Below are positions 1 through 8,230 of a stretch of DNA of 54,370 bases, in pieces. The position numbers were made by a program, and so were the translations under genes. Every line of letters starts with the position of its first letter. Within the stretch, counting starts at the first letter, position 1. Origin of the DNA: Solirubrobacterales bacterium (lineage in GTDB: Bacteria > Actinomycetota > Thermoleophilia > Solirubrobacterales > Solirubrobacteraceae); the NCBI GenBank assembly GCA_019244745.1, contig JAFASF010000215.1:1-54370 (forward strand). The letters run 5' to 3'. The notes below the pieces were generated by a model. That model searched no databases. It was not told the DNA's origin and was given only the letters and a program-made list of their open reading frames with translations.

Positions 1-249
1 GCGCATCGCGCTCACCGCGATCAGCGTTGGCGCGCGCGCCAGCTTAGCCGCCGCCTTCGGCTCGTCGGCGCGCATCAGCCGCTCGAGCGACTTCGGGCCA
101 AGCACGCGGAAACGCCACGGATTGGTCAGATGGTGGTTGGGCACCCATCGGGCCAGCGCGAGGAGCTCGTCCAGCAGTGGCCGCGGGACAGGCTCGGGGG
201 CGAAGGCCTTGTGGGTTCGCCGCGTCTTAATCGCCCGCTCGACGTCCAC
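1..249 (-). CDS. Nitroreductase family protein (3' end runs off window)
   Basis: Not in ORF track. Manual translation from GTG at 249: MDVERAIKTRRTHKAFAPEPVPRPLLDELLALARWVPNHHLTNPWRFRVLG..., matching the RR(T/S)xxxF and PNHHxxxPWRF nitroreductase motifs. Confidence 0.85.
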   Translation of the reverse strand, partial: MDVERAIKTRRTHKAFAPEPVPRPLLDELLALARWVPNHHLTNPWRFRVLGPKSLERLMRADEPKAAAKLARAPTLIAVSAMR

Positions 250-260
250 CGCTCATATTC

Positions 261-273
261 GATCAAAGATCAA
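261..273 (-). promoter_or_regulatory. Putative GntR box variant (TTGATCTTTGATC on minus strand)
   Basis: 11/13 match to TTGACATTTGATC, just upstream of the nitroreductase start, in a divergent intergenic region. Confidence 0.55.
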
Positions 274-277
274 CCGA

Positions 278-442
278 CCTGGGCACTGCCGGGCACTACG
301 GGAATCCTGGGACTGCAAGGCCGGGCACTGCAAGGACCCGGGACGCTAAAGGAATTCCATTCACTACAAGGGACCCGCGGACTGCAAGGAAGCCCGGGCA
401 CTAAGGCAACCCCGGCACCGCAAGGAACCCGGGCACTGCGGG
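278..442. repeat. Degenerate ~16-19 bp tandem repeat, about 9 units, consensus ~CCCGGGCACTGCAAGGAA
   Basis: Units read directly, e.g. ccgggcactgcaagga, cccgcggactgcaaggaa, ccccggcaccgcaaggaa, cccgggcactgcggg. Confidence 0.75.
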
Positions 443-481
443 TCGGCCCGGACGCAAACGACCGCCGTGGATAATCGGCCC

Positions 482-1678
482 GTGAGTCGAGTCTCGGTGC
501 GGTGGGCGCGCTCGTCGGCGTTCCTGATCGCGGCGCTGGTCCTGGTGGCGATAAACCTCCGCCCGGCCGCCGCGGCGGTCGGTCCGCTGATCCACCGGAT
601 TCGGGATGACACCGGGCTGTCGGCCGCGGGGGCGGGCCTGCTGGTGACGCTGCCGGTCTTGTGCTTCGGCGCGCTCGCTCCGCTCGCACCGGTCCTGGCC
701 CGGCGCCTTGGCCCGCGTGCCACGGTTGCCTGCGCGCTGGCCGCGCTCGGCCTCGGCCTGGTCGTGCGCCTTGTGCCGGGGCTCGCTTTTCTGTTCGCAG
801 GCACCATCCTGGCCGGCGCCGCGATCGCGGTGGCCAACGTTCTGCTGCCGGTGCTCGTCAGACGTGACTTCCCCGAACGGGCCGGGGTCATCACCGGACT
901 CTACAGCTCGGCGCTGATTGGCTTCGCTGCCCTGTCGGCTGGCGTATCCGTGCCGCTCGCGAACGCATTGGGCGGAGGGTGGCGCCCGGCGCTTGCGATC
1001 TGGGCGGCGCCGGCGGCCATCGCACTGCTCGCCTGGGTGCCTGAGGTGCGGCTCGGTCGCAGAGCCTTGGCGGCTCAGGGTTGGCGGATCGGCGGCGTCC
1101 GGCCGCTATTGGGGGACCGCGTCGCCTGGGCGCTCACGCTCTTCTTCGCCCTTCAATCGGCCGGCTTCTACGCGACGCTCGCTTGGCTGCCGAGCATCTT
1201 TCAGAGCCACGGGGCGAGCGAGGCGCGGGCCGGGCTGCTGCTGAGCGTGACGATATTGGTCGGCGTGCCGGCCGCGCTTACGGTGCCGACCTTGGCGGTA
1301 CGCGTGCGCGATCAGCGCGCACTTGCGGCGGGGTTCAGCGCGTGTATCGCGCTCGGCTGGCTGGGAGTGCTCATCGCACCGATGGCGGCTCCCTACGTAT
1401 GGGCGGTGCTGATCGGAGTCGGGCAGAACGCGTGCTTCCCGCTGGCGCTGACGCTGATCGTGTTGCGAGCCGGTAGCGTGACCAACACCTCGCGCTTGTC
1501 GACCATGGTGCAAACAATCGGTTATCTGATCGCCGCGGCGGCCCCCCTCATCATCGGCGCGCTGCACGATCTCACGGGCTCATGGACCGTTGCGCTGATC
1601 GTGCTGCTCGCGCTCGTAGCCCCCCAGGCTCTCGCCGGACTCGCGGCAGGAAGACCCGGGACCGTCGACCTCGCTTAG
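482..1678 (+). CDS. CynX/NimT-family MFS transporter
   Basis: Multiple hydrophobic helices, AINLRP and NVLLPVLVRRDFP motifs. Start at GTG 482 inferred as leaderless from GATAAT at 470-475 (ORF track uses 467). Confidence 0.85.
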   Translation: MSRVSVRWARSSAFLIAALVLVAINLRPAAAAVGPLIHRIRDDTGLSAAGAGLLVTLPVLCFGALAPLAPVLARRLGPRATVACALAALGLGLVVRLVPGLAFLFAGTILAGAAIAVANVLLPVLVRRDFPERAGVITGLYSSALIGFAALSAGVSVPLANALGGGWRPALAIWAAPAAIALLAWVPEVRLGRRALAAQGWRIGGVRPLLGDRVAWALTLFFALQSAGFYATLAWLPSIFQSHGASEARAGLLLSVTILVGVPAALTVPTLAVRVRDQRALAAGFSACIALGWLGVLIAPMAAPYVWAVLIGVGQNACFPLALTLIVLRAGSVTNTSRLSTMVQTIGYLIAAAAPLIIGALHDLTGSWTVALIVLLALVAPQALAGLAAGRPGTVDLA

Positions 1679-1684
1679 CGTTCC

Positions 1685-2341
1685 TCAGCTGATCATTGGC
1701 AGCGTCCGCATCGAGTAGTGGCCGGCGATCGTTCGCCCGAGCACGGGATCCTCGAGCTCATAGCGGAAGACCCCGGCCGGCCGGATGCCGCCGCGTGCCG
1801 CGAAGGTCCCGCAGAACATCAGCGTCCCGTCGGTGAGGGGCGGCTTCATGAGGTCCAACAGCTCCTCGGGAGGGATCAGCCCGTCGAGCGTCCCCTCCTG
1901 GTAGAGGACGTCCTCGTCGATCCACGAGCGGAGCGCAAGCCGATCCCAGTGATCGGCTACGTCCTCGTAACCCCACAGCTCGCCCGCGATCGGTTTGTCG
2001 CACAACTGTTTGGAGACGGCCACGCTGAAGGTCTCCAGCTCGCGATCGGTGTGGTCGGAGCCCACCCCGACCCACAGCCGGCCGTCGTGGCGCAGCAGCA
2101 CGGCCTCGACCTCGCCGCTGGAGCTCGCGGTCGCCTCGATCTCGGACGCGGTCGTCAAGCGCGAGGCCGAGACGCGGTAGAAGAGCGGCGCGCTCGACGG
2201 CCGGGCGACACCGAGCGCCTCGAGCTCGGCGATATGCTGCTCGACCGCGGCGCGGTCCCGACCCGTCCATCCAGCCACGACCGCGGTCTCGATCGCCACC
2301 GTGGCCGGTCGCCCGCCGAGGTCGAGCGTCAGATCCGCCAC
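1685..2341 (-). CDS. DUF2848 domain protein (FAH-like fold)
   Basis: AGWTGRD..HIAEL..LGV.RPS..PLFYRV and GSDHTDR..E..SV..SKQ motifs; overlaps the amidase stop. Confidence 0.8.
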   Translation of the reverse strand: MADLTLDLGGRPATVAIETAVVAGWTGRDRAAVEQHIAELEALGVARPSSAPLFYRVSASRLTTASEIEATASSSGEVEAVLLRHDGRLWVGVGSDHTDRELETFSVAVSKQLCDKPIAGELWGYEDVADHWDRLALRSWIDEDVLYQEGTLDGLIPPEELLDLMKPPLTDGTLMFCGTFAARGGIRPAGVFRYELEDPVLGRTIAGHYSMRTLPMIS

Positions 2342-3666
2342 GTGCGCTCCTCGATCCAGTCCGCGATCTGGAGGATGGCGCCGTCCTCGCGCGCGAAGCC
2401 GGCGACCATGAGCCCGACCGGGGGCTCACCATGCTGGTGCACCGGCACCGAAACCGCGCAGCCGTCGAGGAGATTGACGACCGTCGGGTTGCGCAGCATG
2501 AGGAGGTTGGTTCGCGCGTACTCCTCGTCGTCGTCGAGCGCGGCGAGCGGCGGAGCGACAAGCGGCACCGTAGGGCAGACCATCGCATCGAAGCCCTCGA
2601 GGCGTCGCCGCACGCTCTCGATCATGGCCTCCCGCCATTCCCGCAGGACGAGCAGATCGCGCGCGGTCTGCCGCTCGCCGCGGCGGATGCGGACCAGCAC
2701 CCGCGGGTCGTACTCGCCCGCGCGGGCCGCAATCAACTCGTAATGCCAGGCGAAGCTCTCGGCGGCGGCAAACCCGCCAGCGGCGTTCATCTCGGGTACG
2801 TCGTCGAGCTCGGGCAGCTGCACATCGATCGCTTCCGCGCCGCCGTCCCGCAACCGCTCAATCGCGCGCTCGAACGCCTCGGCCACCGCCGGCTCCACGT
2901 CGGCGAAGAGGTAGTTGCGCGGGACCGCCAGCCGCGGCGGCCGGGCGGCCGGGGCCAGCTCCCGAAGCTGATCCTCGCAAAGCAGCGCATAGAGCACCGC
3001 GCAGGACGCGACGCTTCGTCCCAGCACCCCAACCGCATCGAGCGTGCTCGACAGCGGGACCACGCCGTCGCGGCGCACGCGCTCCTGACTCGGCTTGAAT
3101 CCAACCAGGCCGCAGAGCGCCGCCGGGATCCGGCACGAGCCGCCGGTATCGGTACCCAGCGCGCCGTGCGCCATTCCATCGGCCACCGACACCGCCGCTC
3201 CGGACGACGATCCTCCCGGGATCCGCCGGCGCGCGCGGTCCCAGGGATTCGCGGGCGTTCCGTAGTGCGGGTTGATCCCCAGGCCGCTGAATGCGAACTC
3301 GGTCATGTTGGTCCGGCCGATCAGTACGAGTCCCGCCCGGCGCCAGCGGGCAACGGCGGTCGCGTCGAGCCGCGCCGGGCGGCCGTCGAGCACCCGCGAG
3401 CCCGCGCGCGTGACCTGACCGCGTACGTCGAACAGGTCCTTGACCGACACCGGTATCCCGGCATACGGCGACGGCTCCGCGCTGGCCCGCCGCAGCGCGT
3501 CCATGGCCCGAGCGGTGGCGAGCGCTCCGTCCGCATCGACCTCGAGGTAGGTCCGCTCGCCCTCGCCGCCCCGATCGCCGATCCGCGTCAGGCATTCCTC
3601 CACCAGCTCCTGCGACGTGGTTCGCCCCTCCGCCAGGTCAGCGGCAAGCTGGGCGAGCGTCGGCAT
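2329..3666 (-). CDS. Amidase signature family enzyme
   Basis: VKD, GGSSSG and GTDTGGSCRIPA (Lys-cisSer-Ser triad); start overlaps the cupin stop. Confidence 0.92.
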   Translation of the reverse strand: MPTLAQLAADLAEGRTTSQELVEECLTRIGDRGGEGERTYLEVDADGALATARAMDALRRASAEPSPYAGIPVSVKDLFDVRGQVTRAGSRVLDGRPARLDATAVARWRRAGLVLIGRTNMTEFAFSGLGINPHYGTPANPWDRARRRIPGGSSSGAAVSVADGMAHGALGTDTGGSCRIPAALCGLVGFKPSQERVRRDGVVPLSSTLDAVGVLGRSVASCAVLYALLCEDQLRELAPAARPPRLAVPRNYLFADVEPAVAEAFERAIERLRDGGAEAIDVQLPELDDVPEMNAAGGFAAAESFAWHYELIAARAGEYDPRVLVRIRRGERQTARDLLVLREWREAMIESVRRRLEGFDAMVCPTVPLVAPPLAALDDDEEYARTNLLMLRNPTVVNLLDGCAVSVPVHQHGEPPVGLMVAGFAREDGAILQIADWIEERTWRI

Positions 3667-4046
3667 CAAACAGGATCGAAATAGTGGATCTCGAGAAGCA
3701 GGCAGCCGCCCTCGGATTTGAAGGGTCCGTGCGCTGCGCCCGGCGGCCGGCAGGCGTACGTGTGCGGGGCAAACGACTCGCCGCCGTTGCCCTCGACATC
3801 GTTGCCGACGGTGAGGTCACCGGAGACCAGGTAGACCTCCTCCCAATACTCGTGGACGAAGGGCGCGGTGGTGAACACCCCCGGAGCGAACCGCAACAAC
3901 CGCGTACGAGTGCCCCGCCGGGCGTTCTCGTCAAGCGAGCCGGACAGGATCTTCTGCTGGATGCCGGCCGGATAGCCGGCCGGGGTAACCCAGCCGCTAT
4001 CGAGATCGAGTTCGTGAAACTCGTCGTGCTCCTTGTTGACCGGCAT
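3666..4046 (-). CDS. Cupin domain protein (ChrR-like)
   Basis: 126 aa; H-x3-EE (HEYWEEV) and PPG.aHGPF cupin motifs. Confidence 0.85.
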   Translation of the reverse strand: MPVNKEHDEFHELDLDSGWVTPAGYPAGIQQKILSGSLDENARRGTRTRLLRFAPGVFTTAPFVHEYWEEVYLVSGDLTVGNDVEGNGGESFAPHTYACRPPGAAHGPFKSEGGCLLLEIHYFDPV

Positions 4047-4051
4047 GGCTG

Positions 4052-4960
4052 CTAGCTCCTGTTGACGTCCATGGCCACGATCTGCTCGTACGGTGGGTCA
4101 CCCGCGAGAAGCCCCTGCTCCCGAGCGAAGCGGTTCATCCCACTGATCGCCCGCCGCGGGATCTCGGCGTCATAGTACGGCACGTCTCGACGCACGAGGT
4201 CGGCGATGAGCGACGCCTGTTCCGGGGGGAAGACGCGCTCGCCGACAGCAGTGGCGCGCTCGGGGTCGTCGGCGAGCTGTTCCTGCGCCCGCCGAAGCCC
4301 GCGTACGATCGCCTGGGCCCGGTCCGCATCCGCGGTGACGAAGGCCTCGGTGGCCGCGAGCGACGCGAACGTGTAGTCAAAGCACCCCTCGGGACCGTCG
4401 CCGCGGCGCACGTCGAGCACCACCGTACCTGCGCCGGAGCGCACCGCGACCTCGGCTCCCATACCGTTGGCCCAGAACCCGTCGATCTTCCCGTCGGCCA
4501 ACGCGCGGGCCGCGGTCAGGCCGAAGTTCGTACCCGCTCCGGCCGCGCCCGGCACCGGTGAGATGTCGACCTCGCGCAGGTCGATCCCGGCGTCGACGAG
4601 CAGCTGCCGGAGCCCCAGGTCCACCCACGGGGCGGCGCCAATCCGCTTGCCGGCAACGACCGAAACGTCGTTGCGCCCCGCCCGCAAGTCGGCGCGCATG
4701 ACAAGAAACCAGTACATCCCCTGGCCCTGCGCGGCCAGGAGCTTCACCCCGCGCCACTCGGGAAACGCGGCGAGCGCCGAGTGGGCCGACCCCGCGACGA
4801 CGTCGACCTCCCCGGCCGCAAGCGCGCGGTAGGCGGCGTCGACCGGGAACAGCAACTCGATCTGCGCGGCGATCCCCTCGTCGCGCAGGCAGCCGAGCTC
4901 CGCCGCGGCGACCGCGGGGAAGTACGAGTTCGAGATCAGGTCGGGAACCGCGATCCTCAC
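4052..4960 (-). CDS. NMT1/THI5/SsuA-like substrate-binding-fold protein, no signal peptide
   Basis: GKRIG, AL.dGkiDG and type-II binding-protein pattern; begins MRIAVPD with no hydrophobic leader. Confidence 0.75.
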   Translation of the reverse strand: MRIAVPDLISNSYFPAVAAAELGCLRDEGIAAQIELLFPVDAAYRALAAGEVDVVAGSAHSALAAFPEWRGVKLLAAQGQGMYWFLVMRADLRAGRNDVSVVAGKRIGAAPWVDLGLRQLLVDAGIDLREVDISPVPGAAGAGTNFGLTAARALADGKIDGFWANGMGAEVAVRSGAGTVVLDVRRGDGPEGCFDYTFASLAATEAFVTADADRAQAIVRGLRRAQEQLADDPERATAVGERVFPPEQASLIADLVRRDVPYYDAEIPRRAISGMNRFAREQGLLAGDPPYEQIVAMDVNRS

Positions 4961-5024
4961 CGCGCCACCGCTTGGTCGGAGAGCGCCCGAGGCAACCGCG
5001 CCCGCTCAAGGGTTCCGCGTCCGG

Positions 5025-5297
5025 TCACAGTGAGCGCGCTCGCCACTCGAGCGCGGCGTGATCGACGACGTGACCGGTCCCGCCGCACCGAGGGCACATG
5101 CTCTCCCGCCCGAAACACATCGGGCAGCGGGCGAAGCAGGCATCGGCCGTGTCGAGCACCGCGCCGCACTCGCACCGGGCCACCAGCACCGGCACCGTGT
5201 CCGGCCGTTCGACGAGCTCAAAGCCCTCGAAGGCGTGTCCCGGGTGGACGTGAAACGACGGGATGACCCGCACGCCGGTGCTGTCGGACGCCGCCAT
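5025..5297 (-). CDS. Small Cys/His-rich putative zinc-binding protein
   Basis: 90 aa with HxHxxH, CEC, CPMC and CPRCGGTG; first ORF of the leftward operon. Confidence 0.6.
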   Translation of the reverse strand: MAASDSTGVRVIPSFHVHPGHAFEGFELVERPDTVPVLVARCECGAVLDTADACFARCPMCFGRESMCPRCGGTGHVVDHAALEWRARSL

Positions 5298-5321
5298 CAG
5301 ATCGGCCTAGCATATGCCGGG

Positions 5322-6449
5322 ATGGCGACCGATGTCTCCCCGCGCGAGACCGGCGGCGGACGGCGCGAGACGCTCGCTGACCTGTTCGTCGTGGACGCAG
5401 ACGTGCACGTCCACGAGGATCCCGGGGAGCTGGCGGAGTACGCCGATCCGCCGTGGGATGTTGCCCTGCGAGAGATCGCGAAGGTCGAGGAGCGCTACCT
5501 CGACCTACCCGGGATCTCGCCGCGAGCCGAGTACCGCGTGCCGTTTCCGGGTGGTTCGAACCGGCGCCAGATCGTCACCTCGGCGCGGGAGCTGCGCGGC
5601 GGGCTCGACGCGCTCCACGTCAATCACGCGGTGCTGTTCCCAGACCACCTGCTGTCGCTCGCGATGGTGCGCGACCCCGAGTTCGCCACCACGCTCGCGG
5701 TGGCGTACAACCGGTGGCTGTACGAGCGCTGGCTGACCGAGGAGCCCTCGCTCAGCGGCGCCCTCGTCATCGCTCCCCAGAACCCGATCGCGGGCGCCGA
5801 GGACATCCGCCGGTATGCCGGGCGGCGGGAGTTCGTCTGCGTCTACCTACCGGCGTCGGGGCTCAAGATCCTCTACGGCCACGAGCTCTATGACCCGGTT
5901 TACGAGGCCGCCGCCGAGACCGGACTACCGGTCGTGATCCACAGCGTCGAGGCGGTGTACCCGGCGTTCCCGTTCCAGCTCGAGCAGTTCCGCACCTCGC
6001 TGGCGGTGCACGCGCTGGCCCACCCGCTCTCGATGATCGCGAACCTCGTCAGCATGCTCGAGACGGGCGTCCCGATCCGCTTTCCGGAGCTGAAGATCGG
6101 CTTCATGGAGGCGGGTACGGCGTGGGTCCCGTTCCTCGCCAATCGACTCGACAAGGAGTACGTCGAGCGCCGGCGCGAGGTGCCGCTGCTCCAGGAAACC
6201 CCAAGCCGGACCATGCGCCGCTTCTTCTACGGAACCCAGCCGGTCGAGGAGCCGGAGCGCCGCTCCGATGTCGTAGCGCAGTTTGAGCTGTTCGACGGCG
6301 AGAACCAGGCGATGTTCGCCTCCGATTGGCCGCATCACGACTTCGACCATCCCCAGCACGTGTTCGGCCTCCCGTTCGCGCCCGAGGCGCGACGGAAGAT
6401 CATGGGCCTGAACGCGGCCCGCTTCTTCGGGCTCGACGTTCCCGGCTAG
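5322..6449 (+). CDS. Amidohydrolase_2 family protein, candidate dinuclear-metal oxygenase (PtmU3/AibH-like)
   Basis: DADVH, internal His, MEAG and SDWPHHDFD motifs; followed by a Rieske ferredoxin; start ATG 5322 after TAGCAT. Confidence 0.85.
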   Translation: MATDVSPRETGGGRRETLADLFVVDADVHVHEDPGELAEYADPPWDVALREIAKVEERYLDLPGISPRAEYRVPFPGGSNRRQIVTSARELRGGLDALHVNHAVLFPDHLLSLAMVRDPEFATTLAVAYNRWLYERWLTEEPSLSGALVIAPQNPIAGAEDIRRYAGRREFVCVYLPASGLKILYGHELYDPVYEAAAETGLPVVIHSVEAVYPAFPFQLEQFRTSLAVHALAHPLSMIANLVSMLETGVPIRFPELKIGFMEAGTAWVPFLANRLDKEYVERRREVPLLQETPSRTMRRFFYGTQPVEEPERRSDVVAQFELFDGENQAMFASDWPHHDFDHPQHVFGLPFAPEARRKIMGLNAARFFGLDVPG

Positions 6450-6450
6450 C

Positions 6451-6810
6451 GTGGCACGCGAGCACGTCATCGGCAGGGTCGGGGATCTGCCGGAAGGACA
6501 CCATCGCGTCGTAAGGGCCGCAAACCGGGAACTCGGGGTGTTCAACATCCGCGGGTCCTTTCATGCCCTTCCGAACCTCTGCCCGCACCAGCGCGGGCCG
6601 CTGTGCGAGGGGGGCGTCTCGGGGACGATCGACTACGGCCCCCACACCGATTGGAAGCTCGCCTGGATCTGGGAAGGGGAAGTCGTCACATGCCCTTGGC
6701 ACTCGCTCGAGTTCCACATCCCGACCGGCCAGTGCGTGGCGTTCAACGACATCCGCCTGCGGACGTACGAGGTGCGAGTCGCCGAAGGTGAGCTGCGGGT
6801 GGTGATCTGA
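6451..6810 (+). CDS. Rieske [2Fe-2S] ferredoxin
   Basis: CPHQ...CPWH motif, 119 aa. Confidence 0.93.
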   Translation: MAREHVIGRVGDLPEGHHRVVRAANRELGVFNIRGSFHALPNLCPHQRGPLCEGGVSGTIDYGPHTDWKLAWIWEGEVVTCPWHSLEFHIPTGQCVAFNDIRLRTYEVRVAEGELRVVI

Positions 6811-6812
6811 CG

Positions 6813-7604
6813 ATGGGATCGGGACTCGAGGGCCTCGAGGGGCGGGTGGCGCTCGTCACCGGCGCGGCCCGCGAGCGCTCGATTGGGCGCGGTATCGCGC
6901 TCGCGCTCGCCGAGCGCGGCGCCGATGTGGCGGTCAACGACCTCGCGCACGAAGACGAGGCCTCCAGGCGCGTCGGCGAGCTCGAAGCACTCGGCCGCCG
7001 ATCGGTGTTCATCCGTGCGGACCTCGCCGATCCGCACGAGTGCGAGCGGCTCGTCGCCGAGACCGTGACGCGCCTCGGACGACTGGACATCTTTTGCGCC
7101 AACGCCGGCGTCGCCGACTGGCAGGAACTGGTAGAGGTGACGCCCGAGGCGCTACGGCGCATCGTCGGCGTCAACCTGCACGGCTGCTTTTTTGGCTGCC
7201 GCGCGGCGGCGGCTCAGATGCGCCGCCAGTGCACCGGCGGCCGGATCGTCGTCACCTCCTCGGTCAACGCGGTGATGCCCTTCCCGAAACTCGGGATCTA
7301 CGGCGCGACCAAGCACGCGGTCGCCCATCTGGTCGGTGTGATGGCCCGTGAGTGGGCGCCCGACGCCATCACGGTCAACCACGTCGCGCCAGGATGGGTC
7401 GATTCGAACATCAACGACCGATCTCCCGATTTCGCCACCGAGGCGCTTCGGGCCGTGGCGCGCGCCGGGATTCCGCTGGGACACCGCCCGTCGGAGCCGC
7501 GCGAGATCGGCGAAGCCGTCGCGTACTTCAGCTTGGAAGGCGCCGCCCATACGACCGGCGCCTTCCTTCGCGTCGACGGCGGCTCGGTGATCGGGAAGTA
7601 TTAG
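6813..7604 (+). CDS. SDR family oxidoreductase
   Basis: TGAA...SIG, NAG, catalytic Ser and YGATK. Confidence 0.92.
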   Translation: MGSGLEGLEGRVALVTGAARERSIGRGIALALAERGADVAVNDLAHEDEASRRVGELEALGRRSVFIRADLADPHECERLVAETVTRLGRLDIFCANAGVADWQELVEVTPEALRRIVGVNLHGCFFGCRAAAAQMRRQCTGGRIVVTSSVNAVMPFPKLGIYGATKHAVAHLVGVMAREWAPDAITVNHVAPGWVDSNINDRSPDFATEALRAVARAGIPLGHRPSEPREIGEAVAYFSLEGAAHTTGAFLRVDGGSVIGKY

Positions 7605-7609
7605 CTGGC

Positions 7610-8230
7610 GTGCGAGCGCTGCTTCATGGAGTCGACGAGCCGCTCGAGGCGGCGCTGCGCGAGCGTGGCCTCGAGCTCGTCCGCGAGGGCGAGGCCGACC
7701 GGTTCGTGACTTGCGGACCGCCTCCGATGCTGCGTTCCCTCGATGATCTCAGTGTGGATGAGTGGACCGGGCGCTTCTGCGTCTGGGTCGAGGAGCCTTT
7801 CTGGGCGCTTCAGGCGTGGCTGCAAGACGTGCTCGGGCGTGGCGCCCGCGGACGCTGGGTCGCGATCACCACGACGCTCGGCGCGCAGCCTTTTCCCGGT
7901 GGCGGTGCGGACGGATCGGCAGCGGTGGCGCTTCAGACGCTCGTGCGGATCGCCGCCGTCGAATACGGCCCGCGCGGCATCCGGGCGAACGCGATCGCGG
8001 CGGGCTGGCGCGAGCGCACCCTGCCCGCCGGGCTCGATGGAGAACTTGCGGCGACCGATACGCCCACGCGACGGCTCGTCAACGAGTCAGACCTGGCGGC
8101 CGCGGTCCTGTGGTTGCTTGGCGATCAGGCGGATCAGGTCAACGGCGAGATCCTGCGCGTAGACGGCGGGTACTCGATCACCCGCGGGTCGCGACCGGAT
8201 CCGAGTACGGATTCCCGATGGACGAAGTAG
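7610..8230 (+). CDS. Degenerate SDR-fold protein (no Gly-rich motif, no YxxxK)
   Basis: C-terminal SDR pattern EYGPRGIRANAIAAG...VNGEILRVDGG; YxxxK position reads DGSAA; GTG start at 7610 inferred. Confidence 0.75.
   Translation: MRALLHGVDEPLEAALRERGLELVREGEADRFVTCGPPPMLRSLDDLSVDEWTGRFCVWVEEPFWALQAWLQDVLGRGARGRWVAITTTLGAQPFPGGGADGSAAVALQTLVRIAAVEYGPRGIRANAIAAGWRERTLPAGLDGELAATDTPTRRLVNESDLAAAVLWLLGDQADQVNGEILRVDGGYSITRGSRPDPSTDSRWTK

Noticed and set aside
130-474. Collagen-like small ORF (GLQG/GSPG repeats)
   Set aside because: By-product of the ~18-bp DNA repeat; the G-X-Y register is broken and it overlaps the nitroreductase on the opposite strand
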